64,000 bases of DNA, from assembly GCA_022599515.1 (NCBI GenBank), contig JAHZMC010000021.1, forward strand, positions 8,708 to 72,707. Direction: 5' to 3'. Numbering within the stretch: the first letter of the stretch is position 1; the number at the start of each line of letters is the position of its first letter. Shown one piece after another: positions 61,052 through 64,000 of this stretch. A model generated the notes under the pieces. That model ran no database searches. It saw nothing but the letters and a program-made list of their open reading frames with translations, and was not told the origin of the DNA. A program made the position numbers and the translations under genes. This DNA is from Betaproteobacteria bacterium (lineage in GTDB: Bacteria; Pseudomonadota; Gammaproteobacteria; Burkholderiales; Methylophilaceae).

Positions 61052-61102
61052 ACGATTAACAACGGAACGGGAAAGCCAAAAAGACCCCAAAGGAGAGAGA
61101 AA

Positions 61103-61798
61103 ATGGCAATTAAAATTGATAAAAAAATCACTGGTTACAACTTGGTCACACCAGAGAGCAAAGAAGAGAAAGCCAAAGCAGAAGCGGCGGCGCAGAGCAA
61201 TGTGATTCAAATGGGCGAGCCGTTAAGCCGTCCAGAAGAATTGGTGGGTAACACGTATAAAATTAAAACACCGGTAACAGAGCACGCGCTTTACATCACC
61301 ATCAACGATATCGTGATGAACGCAGGCACGCCGCAAGAGCACCGCCGTCCGTTTGAAGTATTTATCAACTCTAAAAACATGGAGCACTTTCAATGGATTG
61401 TTGCCCTAACCCGCGTCATGTCTGCCGTGTTCCGTAAAGGTGGCGATGTTACTTTCTTGGTAGAAGAGCTTAAAAGCGTATTTGAACCAAGCGGCGGCTA
61501 CTTTAAAAAAGGTGGCAAGTTTGTACCAAGTTTGGTTGCTGAAATTGGCGAAGTCGTCGAGAAGCACTTACAAAATATCGGCATGCTAGAAAAAGCAGGC
61601 TTAGATGAACACCAACAAAAACTAGTCGAAGAGAAAAAAGCAGAATACTTAGAAAAACACGCAGAAAGCGGCGAAGCCATGAATGATGAAGGCTTCCCAA
61701 AAGGCGCAACACTCTGCAAAAAATGTAACACCAAAGCCAGCATTATTATGGATGGCTGTTTGACTTGCTTGAATTGTGGTGAAAGTAAGTGTGGTTAG
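61103..61798 (+). CDS. nrdJb: Class II ribonucleotide reductase, small C-terminal polypeptide
   Basis: Strong RBS (AAAGGAGAGAGAAAATG) and a C-terminal CxxC...CxxC zinc motif (CKKCN...CLTCLNCGESKC). The ORF-track start at 61046 lies inside the repeat element. Confidence 0.88.
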   Translation: MAIKIDKKITGYNLVTPESKEEKAKAEAAAQSNVIQMGEPLSRPEELVGNTYKIKTPVTEHALYITINDIVMNAGTPQEHRRPFEVFINSKNMEHFQWIVALTRVMSAVFRKGGDVTFLVEELKSVFEPSGGYFKKGGKFVPSLVAEIGEVVEKHLQNIGMLEKAGLDEHQQKLVEEKKAEYLEKHAESGEAMNDEGFPKGATLCKKCNTKASIIMDGCLTCLNCGESKCG

Positions 61799-61830
61799 TT
61801 AGTGAAAATTCGATAAATCATATAAGAAGA

Positions 61831-61950
61831 CCATTGTCGACTGGAAGGGATTACACCCGCAAGAGTAATAGGGGGCAGACCACAATTTCTCCAGTCAATC
61901 AATGGATTCAGCCCGTACAAAGAGCTGGTAGGGCTGACTCGTTTACAGTC
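61831..61950 (+). other. Candidate structured RNA element (nrdJb 3-prime UTR or small RNA), class unknown
   Basis: A long-range helix pairs CCATT/GACTGGA (61831-61845) with TCCAGTC/AATGG (61890-61905). It encloses a GCAA-capped hairpin (61850-61869). Two further hairpins follow (61909-61936, 61936-61950). No coding potential is recognisable in any frame. Confidence 0.3.
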
Positions 61951-62026
61951 CGCCTCATGAATATTTGCAAAACTTCACCGACGTTTGCTAAAGTCACTTA
62001 AACTTCAATAAATAACCCTATATTAG

Positions 62027-62248
62027 ATGGTACGACTTATGGAAAATAACGAAGAAGCAATTATAGAGTTACAAACGAAGCTATCATTTCAAGAGGATTT
62101 ATTGGAAAGCCTTAACCAAGTTGTTATTGATCAGCAGGGTCAGATTGCAAAACTACAACGCACAGTTGAGGCGATGATAGGGCAAATGGATAGCATGCAA
62201 AGCGCGACGCAGGAGAATGGGCAGCAAGAGATACCGCCGCATTATTAG
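62027..62248 (+). CDS. slyX: SlyX family protein
   Basis: 73-aa coiled-coil protein with the SlyX pattern (ELQTKLSFQEDLLESLNQVV..QQ..I). Confidence 0.8.
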   Translation: MVRLMENNEEAIIELQTKLSFQEDLLESLNQVVIDQQGQIAKLQRTVEAMIGQMDSMQSATQENGQQEIPPHY

Positions 62249-62283
62249 CAGTTTCTATTGATTTAAGAGCGAAGAAAGAAACT

Positions 62284-62378
62284 GTCATTCCCCACGTGAA
62301 ACTAGCAAAAAATGACATATCGACTTCTCATTACCATTGCAAAATGGATTGCTTAGTCGTTTTACTCCTCGCAATGAC
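62284..62378. repeat. Degenerate copy of the GTCATTCC...AATGAC palindromic repeat family
   Basis: The left end GTCATTCCccacgtgaaac resembles 60957-60975. The right arm GGATTGCTTAGTCGTTTTACTCCTCGCAATGAC matches 63278-63310 at 28/33 positions. Confidence 0.5.
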
Positions 62379-62384
62379 TGAGAA

Positions 62385-62666
62385 TTATTGGGTAATCTCT
62401 ACACCTTTCCAAAAGGCGAGGTAGTTTTTGATATTGGCGGCTTGTTCTTTGGGTGTGTTGTAAACCCATGCAGCGTTTTGATTTATTTCACCATCAACCA
62501 CAACAGAATAATAGTTAGCCACGCCTTTCCAACCGCAGGTGGTGGTGTGGTCGGTTTTGGTTAAATAGCTATGGTTAGTCGATTCTGGTGGGAAGTAGTG
62601 ATTGCCTTCTACCACAATTGTATTCTTTGATTCTGCGATGACTTTATTCTTCCATATTGCTTTCAT
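62385..62666 (-). CDS. DUF427 domain-containing protein
   Basis: 93 aa with the DUF427 pattern (..IVVEGNHYFPPE.....T.C.WKG.A.YY). Confidence 0.8.
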   Translation of the reverse strand: MKAIWKNKVIAESKNTIVVEGNHYFPPESTNHSYLTKTDHTTTCGWKGVANYYSVVVDGEINQNAAWVYNTPKEQAANIKNYLAFWKGVEITQ

Positions 62667-62803
62667 TGTTGGCCTCTGGTGTTAATTGATTAATGAAGCG
62701 TTAAAACGCTTATGATGGACAAGCTAGGTTTACTAAACGTTCGCTGTCATATAAAGATAAGACAGATTGCAACTTGCAGTGACTGATAGCTAGACATAAA
62801 AAA

Positions 62804-62824
62804 ATGGGCATTTGCCCGTTTTTT
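62804..62824 (-). terminator. Terminator downstream of the 62848..63213 ORF
   Basis: ATGGGCatttGCCCGT hairpin flanked by an A7 tract (T7 on the minus strand) and T6. Confidence 0.6.
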
Positions 62825-62847
62825 AGTTAACCGCTATGAATCAAATG

Positions 62848-63213
62848 TTATTCAAACTGATAGTTCATGTTTGGTCGTTTGCTTGTAAATTGACGATTTA
62901 ATCTTTTACTTGTTTTAGCCTCTTGTTCGTCCACATAAGTTGCGCCAACCCAATTATCCGTTGCGCTGTAAGCTTCTTTATTATGTACAGCTGGGTTATA
63001 TGCAGCTCTTTTGCTAATAAATTTAAGTCGTGTTGCGTTGTGTACAACATCATCTGTTTGTGAGGCATCAGCTAGATGTACTTTATTGCTTGCTGCTTGT
63101 TGACCATTGTCTTGGTTTGCATATGCATTGATTGATACAGTTAATAAAAGTGCGCTTGAAGGGTCAATAGAAAATCTACTGGCATACCTATATCGGTATA
63201 TACCATACGGCAT
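62848..63213 (-). CDS. Hypothetical protein, possibly secreted
   Basis: 121-aa ORF with its own downstream terminator. The internal ..SALLLTVSINAYA/NQD looks like the end of a signal peptide, but the N-terminus is atypical. Confidence 0.4.
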   Translation of the reverse strand: MPYGIYRYRYASRFSIDPSSALLLTVSINAYANQDNGQQAASNKVHLADASQTDDVVHNATRLKFISKRAAYNPAVHNKEAYSATDNWVGATYVDEQEAKTSKRLNRQFTSKRPNMNYQFE

Positions 63214-63275
63214 ATTTTAAACCATTTCCATCTTACGATTTAGGGTCCGAGCGATTGGTAAAAACAAAACAAATG

Positions 63276-63349
63276 CTAGATTGCTTCGTCGCTTTGCTCC
63301 TCGCAATGACCAAGGTCTGTCACTGCGAGCGTAATGCGTGGCAGTCCAG
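63276..63349. repeat. Palindromic REP/MITE-like repeat (GATTGCTTCGTCGC...CTCGCAATGAC / GTCACTGCGAG... type)
   Basis: CTCGCAATGAC (63300-63310) and GTCACTGCGAG (63319-63329) form a 10/11 hairpin with extended imperfect arms. Related to 62346-62378. Confidence 0.6.
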
Positions 63350-63401
63350 TTTTGCTACTTTTAATTAAATATTAGTTGCTTATTACAACAGTATTGAAAA
63401 T

Positions 63402-63428
63402 AGGGTTAAGACCACAGGGGTCTTCCCT
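63402..63428 (-). terminator. Possible terminator after the bestrophin-family gene
   Basis: AGGGttAAGACCacaggGGTCTTCCCT hairpin about 30 nt past the stop, with a weak T-rich tail on the minus strand. Confidence 0.4.
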
Positions 63429-63459
63429 AATCTCGCTAGGTGGTAAACCACTAAGCTGA

Positions 63460-64000
63460 TTAAGACAATAATTCTTCTACATGCTTTTTAATATTGGCCG
63501 CCATTTTTTTGGTGGGTAAGTCGTTGTCATCATTGCCGAAAGGATCTTCAATTTCTTCGGCAATTAACTCTAAGCTGGCTAGCACATAGAAAATAAAAAC
63601 AACGACGGGAATGACGTAATAGCCGAGGCTGAAGACATAGCCAAAAGGCAAGGTCATCACATAAAAGAAGATGAATTTTTTGATAAACGAGCTGTAAGAG
63701 TATGGGATTGGTGTGTTTTTAATGCGTTCGCATGCGCCGCAAATATCAGTAAACGATTGTAGTTCGGCATTGATAATATAAAACTGGTCGCCACTTATTT
63801 TGCCTGATGTGTAAAGATCGTTTGCTCTTTGAAACAAGATTTTAGCCACTTGGTTGGGTTGGTGTTTTTGATGGTCGATTGATAAATCTAAACCTTCAAA
63901 AAGCATCTGGCTGACTTCTTCATTCATTAAATGTTTAGAAAGCACGGCAGCATAAGTTGCAATGGCATTTTTGAAAAAATCACGTTCAGTCTCTTCTGAA
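63460..64000 (-). CDS. Bestrophin-family (YneE/UPF0187) anion channel; N-terminal part lies outside the window
   Basis: C-terminal bestrophin-like region (..IKNTPIPYSYSSFIKKF..., EEIEDPFGND). The frame stays open to base 64000, upstream of the ORF-track start. Confidence 0.8.
   Translation of the reverse strand, partial: SEETERDFFKNAIATYAAVLSKHLMNEEVSQMLFEGLDLSIDHQKHQPNQVAKILFQRANDLYTSGKISGDQFYIINAELQSFTDICGACERIKNTPIPYSYSSFIKKFIFFYVMTLPFGYVFSLGYYVIPVVVFIFYVLASLELIAEEIEDPFGNDDNDLPTKKMAANIKKHVEELLS

Noticed and set aside
60905-61210. 101-aa minus-strand ORF and the 61046 start of the nrdJb ORF
   Set aside because: Both run through the palindromic repeat elements in the nrdJ spacer. Repeats of this kind often produce spurious ORFs. 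The strong RBS at 61091-61100 supports the nrdJb start at 61103.
61789-62001. 70-aa plus-strand ORF after nrdJb
   Set aside because: It has no RBS and an Arg/Ser-rich non-protein-like translation, and it overlaps the nrdJb stop. The region is better explained as structured non-coding RNA or UTR.
62288-62303. parS-like sequence TTCCCCACGTGAAACT
   Set aside because: Only 12/16 positions match TGTTCCACGTGAAACA and the left palindrome arm is missing. It lies inside a repeat element about 60 kb from parAB. By eye I found no convincing parS near parB either.

Overview
This 64-kb window looks like core chromosome from an AT-rich betaproteobacterial methylotroph. I infer a Methylophilaceae-like organism from a formaldehyde-activating-enzyme (Fae) family gene, betaproteobacterial synteny (thiD-[thiE]-hemL, pcm-tolC, split nrdJa/nrdJb) and low GC by eye.

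**Gene order**
- 1-12 kb: parA (5-prime truncated by the window), parB, the atpIBEFHAGDC operon, glmU, glmS.
- 12-20 kb: a frameshifted MgtC/DUF4010 gene, an SDR oxidoreductase, dsbA, a SPOR protein, argS, priA.
- 19.7-30 kb: thiD, a decayed thiE remnant, hemL, gltBD, hemE, cspA.
- 30-41 kb: infA, cytochrome b561, an MBL hydrolase, DoxX, GNAT, a Fae paralogue, a frameshifted GDSL esterase, mutY, asmA, uppP, yidB-like, a pseudouridine synthase.
- 41-43.4 kb: a truncated transglutaminase-like gene, a TM-helix-repeat membrane protein and a GlcG remnant.
- 43.4-53.4 kb: an envelope-remodelling locus (detailed below).
- 53.6-64 kb: pcm-like, tolC, isochorismatase, waaA, split class II ribonucleotide reductase nrdJa/nrdJb, slyX, DUF427, and a bestrophin-family gene running off the 3-prime end.

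I saw no rRNA, tRNA, CRISPR array, transposase, integrase or phage genes.

**Most interesting signal (43.4-53.4 kb)**
- Two near-consensus sigma-54 promoters drive a CptA/EptC-like phosphoethanolamine transferase and a SAM-methyltransferase-PAP2-EptA operon.
- Each promoter is preceded by the same pair of TGCA-N5-TGCA boxes, 27-28 bp apart.
- Next to these lie a coupled periplasmic PBP-like/outer-membrane-barrel gene pair and a histidine kinase plus sigma-54 enhancer-binding response regulator.
- Together these suggest a sigma-54-controlled LPS phosphoethanolamine remodelling system.

**Other notable points**
- Three genes are broken by single-base changes in short A/T repeats (two homopolymer runs, one probable lost A); sequencing error must be excluded.
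- Three genes are truly decayed: thiE, the transglutaminase-like gene and glcG.
- ATTCC...GGAAT hairpin repeats resembling Neisseria dRS3/NIME elements fill the nrdJa-nrdJb spacer and nearby intergenic regions.
- A candidate NrdR operator sits upstream of nrdJa.
- An unexplained nested-helix element lies downstream of nrdJb.

All calls come from reading the ORF translations and the DNA by eye. No database search was run.
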